Source: Convolutriloba macropyga
Taxonomy: Eukaryota
DNA: 64,000 nucleotides
Direction: 5' to 3'
Assembly (NCBI RefSeq): GCF_964194025.1
Contig: NC_134476.1
Coordinates: forward strand, 10,912,001-10,976,000
The notes under the pieces are model-generated. The model was not told where the DNA came from and did no database searches. It worked only from the letters and a program-made list of their open reading frames with translations. Of the stretch, positions 1 through 13,839 are shown one piece after another. The position numbers and the translations under genes are program-made. Within the stretch, counting starts at the first letter, position 1. Each line of letters begins with the position of its first letter.

Positions 1-2599
1 AATCAATTGAGGCTTGACATTTAAGCATTAAAATAATTCAGTTCAACTTCTGAACAGAATTGTCAATTATAGGTGCTGGTTTGAATCAGATAATCAGAAG
101 TTATTCAGACAAAATCTATTCAGTACAACTTGATAGTTGGAGTTACTGTTGATAACTAAGTCTCGTTGAAAAATACCAACCAGTTTATGTTCATATGATT
201 TTCATATACCATCAAATAATTGTTTGTTTTTCTTATACGTAAGACGGCGATGTTGCCTTCAGATTGACTGGCCTGGACCATAGTTTTATTGCCAATTTAG
301 AGTATTGTTGCCAATAAGTATCATTTAATTACATTAGATTCGTCTCGCAGCTCTTTATCTGCTGTGTTTTACAATCGCCTTGAGCGAGTGAAGATTATAT
401 GCATAGTTTGTAAAATGTGGTTAAGTTTTGCAGCTGTTCATGAAAAAATGAATTTTTTAACCCTCTCCATGCCTCGGTTTTTGGCTCATTTGGGAAAGAA
501 AATGAAGTCCTTGTTTTGTTTATTTATCATATGGCCTGCTGATTTTTCTGGGGGTACAGTTACAGAAAGTTAACTCATTTGAGATCTCAGGGAAGAAGAA
601 TTTATCAGTTCGTAATGATTGAATGTTTTAGCAATCACAATATGAGAAACATCGGTGATGTCTTTTTTGTTGAATAATTAATTAATCTCAACATGCAATT
701 ATAGAATTGCAGATCATATAGTGTTTTGCGTTATACCAATTTGTGTAAGACGGACTTGACTATTTTGACTATTCATCGAAAAAAAAAATGAAAAATAACA
801 ATAAAGCGCATGTTTAATAATTTTCTCATCTTATTTATTTCCGTATAATTTGCAAAGATTTATCTATTAAGAAGATCTGTCTTAAATTAAGTCTTCCAAT
901 CGTAATTGTTTGGAATTTTGTGAAAGTTAAGTGTAGTGCTGACTGACTTTTTTTAGAATTTGTTTAGCTGCAAGCTAAGGGTAGCTATGTTTCGCAACTC
1001 TTTTGCTATGTTTTCTTTTTGTTTCGTCGACTGACGCTTTTTTCGTTTCACAATTTTCAGTGCTGCAAAGAACAAGCGATTAGTTTTATTACGTGTCAGG
1101 TCATTTTTCAATTCTCCCAATAACCTGCTAATGAGGGACAATTTTTTATGATTGTTTTGAAGTGTTTTAAAAGACGAATTTCAATTTTAAATTGTTTTCT
1201 GTTTCTGTTAAAATAAAAAATTGGAAATAACAAATGGGACTTCTTAGGAGATAAGTTAAACTGAGTGCATGTTCTTCTAATTTAAGGGCAGCAAATAGAA
1301 GCAGCAATAAGTTAAATAGATTATTAATCAAAATATAATATCTCAGCATTAAAAAATAGATGTTTCTTTTTTGGTCGTTTCTTTGAACCGTGAGATATAC
1401 GAATCTATTGCGTCTATTTTCTGCCAGCCTTGTTTGGTGTTGGGGTTTGTTTACCAAAGCAGTGCTGCAATCATCGCTTTAAAATTTGTATGATCATTCT
1501 TGGACATTGTCGAGAAATTGTCTAGAACAAGTTTTGCGAGATTTGGCCGCACTGTTCAGTTGCATTTTCTCTTTGAGTGTATTTTGTTCGTGCAACCCCC
1601 CCCCCCGCCCCTCCAGTGCCCCGCCCCAACTTGCCTGTCATTTAAGGACAGTTCGATCGACGTTAGTCTGTTGTGTGATTGATTTGTCCACGTAATGCTT
1701 GCTCTCTAAGAAGCCTTTTGCATTAAAGATATATTCTACTGTTTATGGATAGCCTCTCTGTAATGAACACCACTATTTGGCAAAGTTACATTAACAAAAG
1801 ACGAAAATTACAGTAATAATTGTTAGTCTCGACTGATGTATAAAGCAATAAAGTTTTTGAACTGTTCAAAGTCTCTAATGATCTGTGTTTCAAGAGATTT
1901 GTTCTAACTTTTGATATAAAATTTGGTGTGCTTTGTATTTAACAGCTCACCTATTACATTTTTAATGCTCTGATAAAATTGTTCACGCTCCTTGTGATAT
2001 TCTAATAGTTTTAAAGTCTTTTTGAAATTTTGGCGTTTTTTTGTAACTCTCAATATTGAGTAATGTGCTGTGTAGCGTGCTGTGCTCATTCAGTCCGGGC
2101 AATATTACAAGAAAAGCAGGATCAGTATCTGTCTCGTCTAGGGCGACAATGTTTGTCAGAAAAATTTTTTTAATTTTTTTCCGGTTTCAAGCTGGACCTG
2201 TCCGAGCATAGCTATGGTACTGCCGAATATTCTCCAGGGAGGAAAAAATTCATGGTGTTTTTATCCGAAATGTTTTAATTTTATTTTATTTAATTTTCAT
2301 TTTTATTAAAATCCGTGTTGAATGTCCTGGTCGAGTAGGCTAAAAAGCGGATTTGATGATCCCGTTGCCCATCCTTTTCGAATCTACTAGGCTTCTTTTT
2401 GATTACTTTATTTCAATAAAATGAGATTTTCAAATTTGATAAAAACATATGAGATGAATTAAACTGCCTGAAATGAAACAATTGCAATCAAAGAACCATT
2501 CAATCTGATCATAGTTTAATTAATTATTCGCATTTTCGATCAGACATTACCAAACCGAAATAGCCGATAAATTCTGTTGCTTATAATTATGTTGTTTAG

Positions 2600-2705
2600 G
2601 GACCACATAATGCACCTGTTGGCGGCCGAGGACGGGATGGCAGTGACCAGCATCCTGTTCCGACTCAAGACCCAGTGCAAGCTCAGAACTGTGCAATACC
2701 AACAG
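2600..2705 (+). CDS. ELL: ELL elongation factor, first exon visible in window (DHIMHLLAAEDGMAVTSILFRLKTQCKLRTVQYQQ); gene 5' end lies upstream
   Basis: tttag acceptor and CAG|gttatc donor; translation resembles the ELL central 'RDRVIHLLAL...RL' motif; phase fits the next exon. Confidence 0.85.
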
Positions 2706-2855
2706 GTTATCTATCACTTGATATAATTATTTGTCCAAACGGGGACAAAAAACAGTATAAAGATGCAATTATGTCAATTATAGATAGATATACTCACCGG
2801 GGAAAGGACTTCAAAGATTACGAACGTCTCTTAAAATAAGTTTGAATAATTTCAG

Positions 2856-3016
2856 GTAGTGAATATATTAAACGAAGTGGCTACAAACGAGAACAGGGCG
2901 ACCAATGTCTACAGCTTGAAGGCGGAACCCTCTCTGAACCAATTGGTGCTAACTCAACAGATCAGGCCTCAACAGTACCCACACTACTCTACCGCCCAGC
3001 GAAATCTCCTTGTAAA
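2856..3016 (+). CDS. ELL: ELL exon (VVNILNEVATNENRATNVYSLKAEPSLNQLVLTQQIRPQQYPHYSTAQRNLLVK)
   Basis: tttcag acceptor; AA|gttggt donor gives phase 2, matching exon 10175; resembles ELL 'IL.QVA...Y.LK...WPGYS..R..L'. Confidence 0.8.
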
Positions 3017-6000
3017 GTTGGTAACTCTCACATGTTGATAAAACTTATACCTCGTTTTCATAACAGACTCCCCCTAAGTAAAATATGCAAAGTCTTTCAC
3101 TCTAAGCCGCAAACCCTCAGCCCCACCCAGTTTCGTGAAAATGCCATAACGGGTGGGGGTCTTGTTGGAAATTTTTAAAAAATTGGTGTCTATATTGGCA
3201 ATAATTAGAACTTCAACACTCAAATGATTGAGCGACTCAGCAAAGTGCAACTGAAAAAAAAATCGTTTTTTCACCAAAGTAGATGCTAAGTACGTTTAGG
3301 CACAAGAGTAACGCTTGGATTAAATCTTTGGCGTTTTCTCATATAAATTGCAGTCCATTTTAATAAAACCAGAACATCAGCGAGCAGCGACAAACAGAAA
3401 TTGAGGAATAAAAATATGCTGCAGAAACTGTGGAACCCAAAACAAAACGTTGCTTGCTTCTCTACGAAATCTTAGAAATAACAACCTGACCTTCTTGCAG
3501 AAACTAATAAATACTTTTAGGCAAACATTTTTGAGAAATTTTGAATACAAGCGAAACAAATAGATAGGTAATATGACTTCGTGGTACCTTGTAGCCATTG
3601 ATTTTCTTTAATTTGTCTTTCATTAATGAAATTGTGTGATTGTTTACAGGAGTGTCTCACAGTTTTTTTCTCTCACCATTTCAATACATTAGCTGTTTTC
3701 ATCTTGGTTTTTTGTCATATCGTGTCACGGTCTTTAATACGGCCCGCCGTCAAGTTCAAAAGAGCAAATGAATTTGAGTAATTGCTCTCGAATAGCTCTA
3801 ATTGTCTTTGTCTTGGTTTTTTTCCAGTCAAAGATTTTGAATTTTTTGGGTTGTCTTTTTAAGATATGTTCACACCTTTTGATAATTTTTAAAGTCAAAT
3901 CAGAGTGGTGATTTTGATACATATAAACAGGACGTGGAGCGAAAAAGCGAGTAGGTTTCAAATCCAGTTAAAGTTATATATTGGTCCAGTTTTTTTCGAT
4001 TTCTCATTGTTCAAAATTCTTCAAAATATATTTTGGGACTTCTATCTCTGATTTCGTCGTCAATGTTCTTGCTACGGCATGTGACGTCACGTTTGCTTCA
4101 GGTCTGCTTGTTGTTCATGCGTTAATGCAACAGCTTGAAAGAGTCGTAAGCGAGAGTCATTTTTCAGTCCTGTTGGAGCGAGTTTTTCAAATTTTATACC
4201 TTACTCTCAAATGACTCCTATATCAAAGCGATGTTTGCTTTCTTTCAATGAAGAAGGTATGGCTTACCTTAGGGTATGTCACTCCAATTGAAAGTCATTT
4301 GAGAGCAGTCAAGGGAAACAGCACATGGGTTGTACAATTTATTCTAAATCAAAAATCTCAACAATTAGTAATATCAGCATTTAGTGGGATTTCTTTTCCG
4401 GGATCTTTTTCATTGGCATTTTGAGTTTGCAGGTTTACAAAGCTATCGCAAACATTATCTGACAATCTGAAACCTATTTTTTTGAAAAAAAAAATTGGTT
4501 TGACCTTGATTATTTTGTCATACTTGGGCGATTATTTTGTAATACTGTCGTGTTGTTTCTTCGCTTAACTTCAAAACTACATGAACAAAACTGACATCAT
4601 TCATTTGGCTTTCAGTCTTTATATAGAAACTCATTTTAATGGGATGTCTAATAAGGAAAAATTACTGTTTTCAGACAGACAAAGGTGGTATTGCGGACAT
4701 ATGTGGTTGATTTGTTCATGCTTGCTGTAAAATTTATTTTGACGAGGAATTTATTTAATTAGAAAAATGTAGACTAAGGTTGTATCAGACATAGGCGGAC
4801 GAACGAACATTTGCGCTTGTTCCAATTTGTCGCGTGATTTTGTTTTATCAGGTCATATGCTACCAATCCTCTTTTTCAAAGGGGAAGAAAGCTTATTTTT
4901 AAGGAGAAATTTTGTTATTCATTCGACCATTTGTTTAATTTAAGATACCATACCGCGATAATAATTACTTTTGATAGTTCTTTTTCACAATTAAGTTTTG
5001 CTTTGAACTTTCGTTTTCACGTCGTTTACATGTATTTTTAAAGTTTTCTGTCGCTTCGTTCAATGTTGGCTCAAAGGAATTCGGAATGGAGTCTGAAAAA
5101 TCCGAACAAAATACAATCAACTAATTAACATACCGACTAATGCTTCAGCTATTTTTTGTCAACATAATCTCCTTGTGGTTATAACTGAGAGTGTAATTAA
5201 CTTTTTCTGCAGAAAGATTCATTAATCATTACTGAGAAAAATCTATAAATATGTCCTCCAACTTAACAAGTTTTTGCTGAACATAGCACTGCAATTTCCT
5301 TTTTAACCCCTTTCTAACTTCAAATTTACCCACTATTTTTACACGCATACATTCCTACGCCTCTTAAGTTGCTATAATTAAGCTTTTTTAAACATGAACT
5401 ATATTGACGTAACGTGTGTGCTCTTTATCCGCACCGAAAAATACTGCAATGCAATCAGAACTTTCAATGTAATCAGACAAAAATTCGAACCAAATTGAAA
5501 ATACAGCCAGTTTATTTTTAGACTGAACTCAAGAGCTCCTGTCTCAATAATCGAGTAATAACAAATGTTAGCTATGTTAGTCAGCGAAGGCCATTAAATT
5601 TGAAATTATAAATGAGATCAACTTTAATCAGACCTCGTATCTTGTCTGAACTTACAGAACCAAATGAAGAAATCTGAAAATTAGATTGAAAGTATGAACT
5701 ATACCGACTTCAGGCTACACCTAAGGATTTACGCGCTTTCATTTTGTGCAATCTTTTTTTGTAATATCTAATTTGACAAAGCTGAAAGATATTGTAATAA
5801 AGCGAAAAGGGGGAAATTATGCGGCTGATAATCCAGGCATTTTACGGGTTAATTTGTATGTATGCAGGCTATCTTTGTAGCGGAGAAAAATTTTTTACGT
5901 TAAGCTGCGGTTGAACAAAAAGGACAAGCATTTAATCTTACGGTGAAAAATTAGAGGAGTACATTATTTTTTGTTGCGTTGCTTTTGTGAACAAAAACAC

Positions 6001-6600
6001 ATGCTGTCACTTTTTACTTGTAAATTTAAAGGCCCTTTTTTTCAAATATTGAACTGTTTCAATTTACTATGTTGACGGTGAATTGAGAAATATTGGAAGT
6101 TTTTTGTGGAAATATGTGTGCAATTCATTAGAATTTATGCTCCTTTTTGAAGTTGACAATAAAAGTTGAAACCAGTGTCCGTTAAAACAGACAGAAGTAT
6201 AATATCATGTGGCTTATTTAAATGTGAATTGTATGTCTGGAGTCAATTAAATCGAAATCTAGCTGCGTCCTATAATTTCAATCTTTTTCACCTCAGTAGG
6301 GGCTGTTTGTTGGGGAAAGAGTTGCTGATATTTGATGTTTTTGAAACTGATTTAAATCCTTCACGTGAACTTGGCCAAGATGATGCCTCAATTGGCGGCA
6401 ATATATACAAAAATTAACGTTTGTAAGTTTGGTGATGTCCACAAATCAACCGGGATTATCAATGAACATATTTGTACTTATGATATTTATTGTTCCATAT
6501 CGATATACAATTTCGAGAGAAAATTGAAGATAGTATGAGAGCCCAACTTTTTTGGTTTCGAATTTAACATTTCGAGATTATTCAAAAAGAACGTGTGTTA

Positions 6601-6970
6601 TTAATTGCTCTCGAACGAAGTTTGAAACAATTATTGTAAACGCGTGTGTAATTGTTATGCAAAACTTTTGCTTGACCATTTTTTAGAACGTTCGTTCGGT
6701 TTTTTCTCGAGTGACTTTTTCTTTTCGCTTGACTTTTTGATTATTTTAGTATTCAAGTTGCTTGCATTTAGATTGAAGTGTGTTGCTAAAATATAACTCA
6801 TTTTGAGAGCTGGACGTACATAGTTCGTGTAGCGTATTGTTTAATGTCATCAACTTTCAACCAAAAGGTCGCGGGTTCGAACCCCTCCCTAATCAGAAGT
6901 TTACTATGCACCATAAAAGTCTAGCTGGCTTACGCCCTTTCTAAATTGTATGCCTAACCAGTTTTATGCT
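6601..6970 (+). mobile_element. HINE family B copy (3' end degenerate) containing a tRNA-like cassette
   Basis: 5' TTAATTGCTCTCGAACGAAGTTTGAAACAATTA terminus shared with other B copies. Confidence 0.65.
6823..6894 (+). pseudogene. tRNA-derived Pol III cassette (loop CTTTCAA)
   Basis: A-box-like TAGCGTATTG, B box GGTTCGAACCC at tRNA spacing; stems poorly paired. Confidence 0.6.
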
Positions 6971-7178
6971 CGGCTGCAGCATCCAAAAAAGTGACACACC
7001 TTATGTACAAGAAAACTAGAAAATATTTTTTGAGAATAAAGAGCAAAGTTGAAAATTTTGTCTTTCCCTATTGGTGGTTTCTCTGACCTCTCGAATGAAC
7101 TAATTTGCGCGATAATTAGGGACTCCTTATCTTAGACTGTTGGAGTGAACGGCATAGTTATGGGACATAATTAGTTTT

Positions 7179-7741
7179 TTAATTGCTCTTGAACGAAGTT
7201 CATAGCAATTATTGTAAACGTGTTTGTCTTTTTTATGCAAATTTTTTGCTTGACAATTTTGCGCTTTTCTTCTAGAACATTCTTTGACTTTTCAAGTGAA
7301 TTTTTCACGCTTTCGTTCTTCATTTTTGAGTGATCTCTATTTTCCTCACTCCGAGGTCGGGCTTGTTGCTAAAGTTGCTGTTGTTGTGGATTTTGAGGTT
7401 GTCCTGAGGGGATTTCTCCCTGTTGTTGGATTAGAAACTTGACCACTGATCTCGGCAGAGGGCAATCACATGTTGAGTGATTATCATCATTTTTGAGTGA
7501 TCTCTATTCCTCCGAAGTAAAGCTAATAAAAGATCTGTTGCAGAATAGTAGAGTTAAGTGATCTGTAGCGCAGTGGTTAGTGCTTGTGGCTGTGGATTGG
7601 GAGGTCAGTGGGTCGAATCCCGGCGGGGGACAGGTTTTGTTGTACCCATAAAGAAAAATTTATCTAGGCTACATCCCCTGAATTAAATTGCCTCGCCTGT
7701 CGTGCAAGAGCAATTTTTCCGACATTTGTCGGTTTATGTTT
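7179..7741 (+). mobile_element. HINE family B full copy with tRNA-like cassette
   Basis: 5' AATTGCTCTTGAACGA; 3' TCGTGCAAGAGCAATT plus hairpin CCGACA-TT-TGTCGG; homologous to 20312-20957. Confidence 0.8.
7559..7630 (+). pseudogene. tRNA-derived Pol III cassette (loop CTGTGGA)
   Basis: A box TAGCGCAGTGG, B-box-like GGTCGAATCCC, T4 run downstream; acceptor and anticodon stems degenerate. Confidence 0.65.
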
Positions 7742-10174
7742 GAATTAGGAAAGAAATATCAAGTTTTTATTAATTTGCTAGCTTATTTTTATAATATTAT
7801 GCTGTCTTAAACCTCTGCTTATATTTCTTTTGAAATATGATTTGATTGTGTTTTCAAAGAATTGACTGAATAACGGATATTTGAGACCAGAACAACAGAA
7901 AACAACTATGTGCGAAAGCAGAAATTGTTTTTTTTTCAAATCTTCATTCTGTGTCAGCGTTGAAAAATTAAGCTCTCTTGATCTGTTGTTAGCACGAAAA
8001 AAAACGAAGGAATCTCCTGTGTATTTTTGCCAATATATTTTCGAAACTGACGGAAAAATTGGGCAAATTGCTAATCATTTAACTCGATCATCGTATCCAT
8101 TCCTTTCTTTAGTTGTTAATGACATAAATAACAAGATTGGTTCTTTAAGGATCATGCAAAAGCATAGCAGGAGAGGCAAGCACTTAGGTAAGAACGAAAA
8201 AAATTGTCTCATAATCAGTCTCATTAAATAGAAATTGTAAGTCCTGTGTTTTCAATCAATTAATAAAACCATGATAAGTTTTTCTGAGGTAGAAAGTTCT
8301 TAAAATTAAAACAAATTTCCAGCGGAAAGTAAGTCTATCAAGTAATTGAGGATTGATTCTAGTCGACTATGATTAGGCAACTTGATAGCATAGTGCTTAT
8401 TTGTTTTTATGAAAAACAGATAAAACAGTCTTTTGAGAAAAACGATGAAGTATATTGTTTTTGTCAACACTGCAACAGTCTTCTCAACTTATGCTTGGTT
8501 GACTTTGAAAAGTGCTTTCTTTAGTTGACTCAAATTTGATTTAATCATGAAATTGCAGAAGCTGGCTGCGTGAAGTGAATGGAAATCAATAGACTGATAT
8601 TTCAGTACAAAAAATGTAAAAATCTATCATTGTATTTCTGTTATTTTTCACGTAAATATTGAATAGAAATATTTGTTTTCTTTTATATGTTTTGTTCAAA
8701 ATTAGAAATTGTCTAATTAAAAGACAAATGAATTCAAAGTAACTTGCAGTTTATTCAAACAAACTTGACACGAGCAACATCTCAAATTTTTTTTATTAAG
8801 AGCTTATTTATTATAAATATAAATAATATTTATTATTTATTATAAATATATATTTATATTATAAATATAAGATCTTGATATTCGGTGATATTTTCTCGAT
8901 AGACATTTTCAACTGTGATTTCTTTAGTGCATTTTTTCATTTCGAAAAGAATAAATTCAGTCTTCTATTTCTTTGCAACTTCTTATCTCTTAACTCATCG
9001 CAACGCTTAACTAATGAATTTAACTCTTTTTGCACATTACTATCTGTGTTTATTTATCCTGATTTCTTTCGCGACTGGTTGAACTAAACACTTTCTGATT
9101 TAAACTAAGCTTTTCATCTCGAAACAATGTTTTTGCCAAACTTGGTACGTATGATGGAACATTCTGTGATACGCACAGTCTCACACGAGCTTTCTATTTG
9201 TATCAGTCTATTGTGGTCATTATCCAAAAGTTTGGAGACTATGTTAATCTTCAACTAGTGAACTACTTATATTTTTGTACGGAGAATGCATTTTTTTATA
9301 GTTGTGTTATTTTGATTCTTCGAATATTTTAGAGCTAAATGATTAGTTATTTTGATTACGTGCTTCCTCGGTGTCTGCCTTTAGGAACAAAAGATTCTTT
9401 TGATCGAGCTTGTAAATAAAAGTGAACATATGCCACATTTATGACACTGAAGTTAGTAGATAAAGAGTGGTATGGTTGGTACTATCAATGTACTGTCGCA
9501 CTAAATAGGGGAATGAAAGTGAACTTGTGTTTGAGTTATATATATATGAGAGAGAGAGAGAGAAATAGATAGATAGCAAGCACTTCAAGAGTGCTAGTAT
9601 TTCACATCATTATTCCCAATCAGTGCAATGACCTTTTTCCACTTTTGACCGATATACGGAATCGTTCTCTTTCATGTCGTATTTTGAAGCCTTTGACCTA
9701 AATTATTCACTTCTGCGAAAACAGATGTTGCGCTTTTGCAGTGTTTAATGAGTTCTGGAATTATAACAGATCGCCTTATTCAATGAATGGGAAATTTATT
9801 TGTTCCTGAGTTGAGTTGTAGGAATTCAATATCAGGAAAAACTTCTGACGTCAACTGGTAAAAATCAACAAAAATTGTTCTTCGCTACCGTAATGGCATG
9901 TTTTAAAGATTAATTACCCAGGTATAATGCCAGCTAGTAGAATATAACGGACGCAAATAAGAAGAGGAAATGAAAGAACAAAGCATCGATTGATTTTTTG
10001 TCAAGACGTGCATCTATCTGAATAAGCATCTTTTAAGGTTGCAAACTTAGGAGTTCTTAGGACCCGCCACCTTGTCCTTTCAGTTTTTTAAAACTTCGTA
10101 GAGCGAATAGATCTACGCGGATTTTTAGAGCACGGTGTTTACTGTTTGTTAAAATTTTTAACTTTTTGCCATAG

Positions 10175-10607
10175 GAAGCTGGAGCGGCTCAAGGTAGATC
10201 CAGGGTCTATTAACCGCAATTCCTCGCCCTACCAACCGCCAGAGTCTTCGCCACCCTTGTCGCTTGCGCCCTCGCCACTCCTCAACCCTAACAACGCTTC
10301 CACCGCGTCATCATTGGGACTCAAGCAACCTGCTGGGCAGGAGCACAATAACCCCAATAAACAACATAATCAGCACCAATTTCAACCCCCTGTTGCTACA
10401 AATGGTGCCTACATTGCTAATGAAAACGCTGGGTCTGGAATTGGGAGTCAACATCTACGTTCTGTTCCCCAATCCCATCGTGGGGTCGAGGATTCACTGA
10501 ACGGTAGGCTGTCGTCGACAGTGCCTTCCAAGAGTGGCAGGGTGCCGAGTAATCCGGAATCAGTGCCGGACTGCTTTAAAAACTTGATTGACACCACTTC
10601 AACTCAG
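10175..10607 (+). CDS. ELL: ELL exon, Pro/Ser/Asn-rich disordered region (KLERLKVDPGS...DTTSTQ)
   Basis: ttttgccatag acceptor, CAG|gttgga donor; lies within ORF 10146-10622; GC-rich island in AT-rich intron DNA. Confidence 0.85.
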
Positions 10608-11379
10608 GTTGGAAATTTTTGAACGATGTGGATTGAGAGTTAAATTGGTTATTAAATTCTTGATCAATATTGGGACATCAAGATATCAGCTAATGAACCC
10701 AAACATTTGTGTTTGCTGTGAAATTGTTTTTGATATCATACAAAAATTTCTGAGAAAACCTAACTGTCCATCAACTATATCAGACCAAGTATATCGTATT
10801 GTTTTATTCAAAAGTCACATTTAGTTCAGGAATTATTTTGAAAGATACTGCTTTTGTAATCTACAATTAAATTTTTTGGCGTGTTCGTATTGTTGCCTAT
10901 ACAAAAAGTCACTTATGAATACCGAAAAGCTTAAAAATAAATGAACCAAAACGACTCAAATCTTATTTGAGAAGCAATTATGACCCCAAAAAGCATTGTA
11001 AGAATTCCTGGTACGAATTCAAGCATGATATCTTTTATGATTTGAGTGAGGAGCAAACATTTGTTTCTTAGCGTAAGAGAATATGAACTCAAGGCCTCTA
11101 AACAATAGCACAAAAAATTTGTGTACCCAGTTTTTTTCACTCAAACTTGTCATGAGTATAACCGGAAGCTTTAATGCGTATATTCCAATTGTTATGAATT
11201 AAATCATATTAGCCTGGTCTAATCACGGAGGTTAACTTGCAAGACTCATGCAAGAATATACGACTGGCAATATTCCTGCTAGGATATTACAAGATAACCG
11301 TCCGAGTTGGACTAGGATATCATCTGAAAGTTTCAGTAATATTGATAACCTGAATTTGTCAACTGAAATTTTTGTTCAG

Positions 11380-11612
11380 CGTAAAAGACCAATTGAGGGT
11401 GAAGATAGAGAGCGAGTGCCTGCCAACAGCAATCAAACAACAACTCATCATAATGTCCATCATCATAATCAACATCAGAATCTTGTAGACAATCAGAAGG
11501 CATCTCATTCGAGGGATCAAGTCGATTCGGCATCCAACAGTGGAGGCAGCTCGAATATGGGCTCCGATCTTAAACGGTTCAGACCCTCCAATGAACCTAG
11601 CTCAAATGCCAG
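11380..11612 (+). CDS. ELL: ELL exon (RKRPIEGEDRE...SDLKRFRPSNEPSSNA), basic NLS-like patches
   Basis: ttttgttcag acceptor (phase 0), AG|gttaga donor (phase 2); in frame with ORF 11248-11622. Confidence 0.8.
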
Positions 11613-11746
11613 GTTAGACTAGTGTGGCAAGTTAAGGTCATGTACGGACACTATTAAGAGTTCGATTGAATTGAGAGTGACAGTGTATTGAAGGTTGCTT
11701 CTAATGGGTATAACAAATAAAATATATTCAACAGATTTAATTTTAG

Positions 11747-12020
11747 GTGATCTCGAACGGAGTTTGAAGCAATTATTGTGAACATCTTTGTCTTTTTATG
11801 CCACAATTTTAGCTTAACCGTTTTGACTTTTTGAGTGACTTCTACGCACCATGATTTTTAGGTGATCTAAATTTCCTCATTCATAATTTGAAGCAGTTCA
11901 AACTGTAGTAGCGGCAGTTTATTACTAAAAGTAAACCAAAAAGTACGCCAAAGTTTGTCATTTTTCACTTTTAAATCTTAAGAGTGGTATATAATAACCT
12001 CTAATGACGAATTCATTTTG
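11747..12020 (+). mobile_element. HINE family B partial/degenerate copy
   Basis: GATCTCGAACGGAGTTTGAAGCAATTATTG start; body similar to the 26297 copy; no intact 3' end. Confidence 0.5.
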
Positions 12021-12358
12021 AAAAGCTCAAATTTTGTTCCCCGATTGACAAGAAGTAATTCAAACCACAGTAAATTGTTAAGAATTTTTAGCGTGCTGCT
12101 TTCATGCTTTTACCACCATTTGGTAACAAAATGATGTTCTTGTAAGTAAAAGTTGGGGCCTTGTTTTTGTTAAAAATTCATTTGTAGCCATTAGACTAAT
12201 TAACGATAATTTGATGATCAAAGTTGTGCCAGATTTTCATTCTTGCTTTGAAAACTGTACGTCGTCTACTTATGTAATTTAACCAGCTTATTAATTTTCG
12301 AAAAAAGCTGTATTGAAAAATAAAATAACGACAAATGTTTTAATCAATTTTGTATTAT

Positions 12359-12897
12359 TAATAGCCGCCCTCATCTTCTCAGCCGGCTATTATAGCGCTC
12401 CTATTTTTTTTTTTACTTCGTCGAATAAAAAAATGTTTCGCTTTACCTCATTTTGCCGCCTTTTCAACATTTTGCGTGAAATCTTTTTGACTTCTCTAGG
12501 CTAGTTTCTCTCTTCTCTCATTCTGCTAAAAGTGATTTTGAACATCAGTTGCTCAGCAAAGCAATTCAAAATGAACAGAGTCAGTATAAAAAATTGAAGT
12601 CAGAAGTAGAAACGGGATAAACCCATAAAGCCCAATTTTAGATGCCCGCTAATTGAACGTCGTTCCTATAAGTCTTAGTTACCATCTCTAATGCTTATTG
12701 GTATTGATAGTAGCCCCTGTAGCCTCTCTCTAAAACAGAAGTATGTTCAACCACGAAATGCCATCAAAATAAATCGGACTTAAAAAAATGTTTTTGGACA
12801 AAAATCTTTTTTTTTCAATATCTTCTGTTATTTCAATCCCAATCATGCTTATTGGAATCAACGGCGGCTATTTTCCGGCAATCTGCCGGGTATGTTT
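12359..12897 (+). mobile_element. HINE/DINE-1-like non-autonomous element, family A, uninterrupted copy
   Basis: 5' TAATAGCCGCC...CGGCTATTA local IR; 3' subTIR GGCGGCTATT, then hairpin CCGGCA-ATC-TGCCGG and TATGTTTT; highly similar copies at 18959 and 24973. Confidence 0.8.
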
Positions 12898-13471
12898 TTA
12901 ACTTGGTCGCAATGCCGGCGAATGGTATAATTCTTTTAATACGACGTCTATATTATAGGGTTTATAAAGTTTGATATTAGATCGACATCGCTAAAGTGAG
13001 AATTTTTTGGGATAGTTCATTCCGAAATCGCGTGCGTCTAACTTGATCGACTAAGGGCAGTTCTTAGACGTTCTTGAATTTAACTTCTAAAGTTTTGAAC
13101 GACTGTCAGTTCGAATGAAGCCTTGAAATTGAGAAGCAAGTCACAAATCTGTATCGTATCGTTCAACAGCTTGAAGGGGTCTTAAGCTGACCTATTGGTT
13201 AATTGTAGGTTACGTTGAATCTGAATTTCGCTAAGTTTGTTTATCGACTTCGAAAGCCAACTTGTGCTATGTTTGTATAATGTCCTGAATATATAACCTG
13301 TCAGATTAAAATTAATCTCATTGTAAGTAAGTTTCACAATCTCATGAAGTCGACAAATGTCAAAACAAATTTCATAAAAGTTGATAGTAATTTGCGGTTA
13401 AGTGGAACGTAAAGTTCGTCAATGTAAATTGTATAATTTGTTGATAATCGATATTATTTGTTTGGTTTCAG

Positions 13472-13746
13472 AGATAATCAGGTAGAGACACCACTACTCC
13501 ATGAGTCAACGAACACCCACGATATGAATGGTCGGAAACAACCCCATCTTAGTAATACCACCACCAATGCAGCGCCCATCGGCGTGAACAACCCTCTGGA
13601 CCTCAATAAAAAAGACTCGAACGGGTCTGAAAGGGTGACAGATGAAGTTGTAGTTGTAGGTGGCAATGTTCTGGAAAGTGGCGGTGATCCAAATGGTCTT
13701 GGTCTGCCCGGGATTGTTCCCGGAAAAGAACTGGCTTTTGCGCAGT
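13472..13746 (+). CDS. ELL: ELL exon (DNQVETPLLHE...GKELAFAQ)
   Basis: ggtttcag acceptor (phase 2), T|gtaagt donor (phase 1); within ORF 13458-13793. Confidence 0.85.
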
Positions 13747-13839
13747 GTAAGTTTTTAGGCCGGGAAAATTTTTTGAATCTCATGGCAAATTAAGCGTTAC
13801 TCGACAAAGAATTCTAGTAAATTCAAGGCCAAGAATTCT

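Noticed and set aside
7559-7630. Functional tRNA-His(GTG); likewise tRNA-Asn at 36537
   Set aside because: Acceptor, anticodon and T stems do not pair properly, and both lie inside repeats.
8150-8187. Possible extra ELL micro-exon (taag|GATC...TTAG|gtaaga)
   Set aside because: Its only open frame exits in phase 1, incompatible with the phase-2 start of exon 10175.
11248-11379. 5' part of ORF 11248-11622 as coding sequence
   Set aside because: A strong phase-compatible acceptor at 11379 explains the exon; the upstream part is probably intron.
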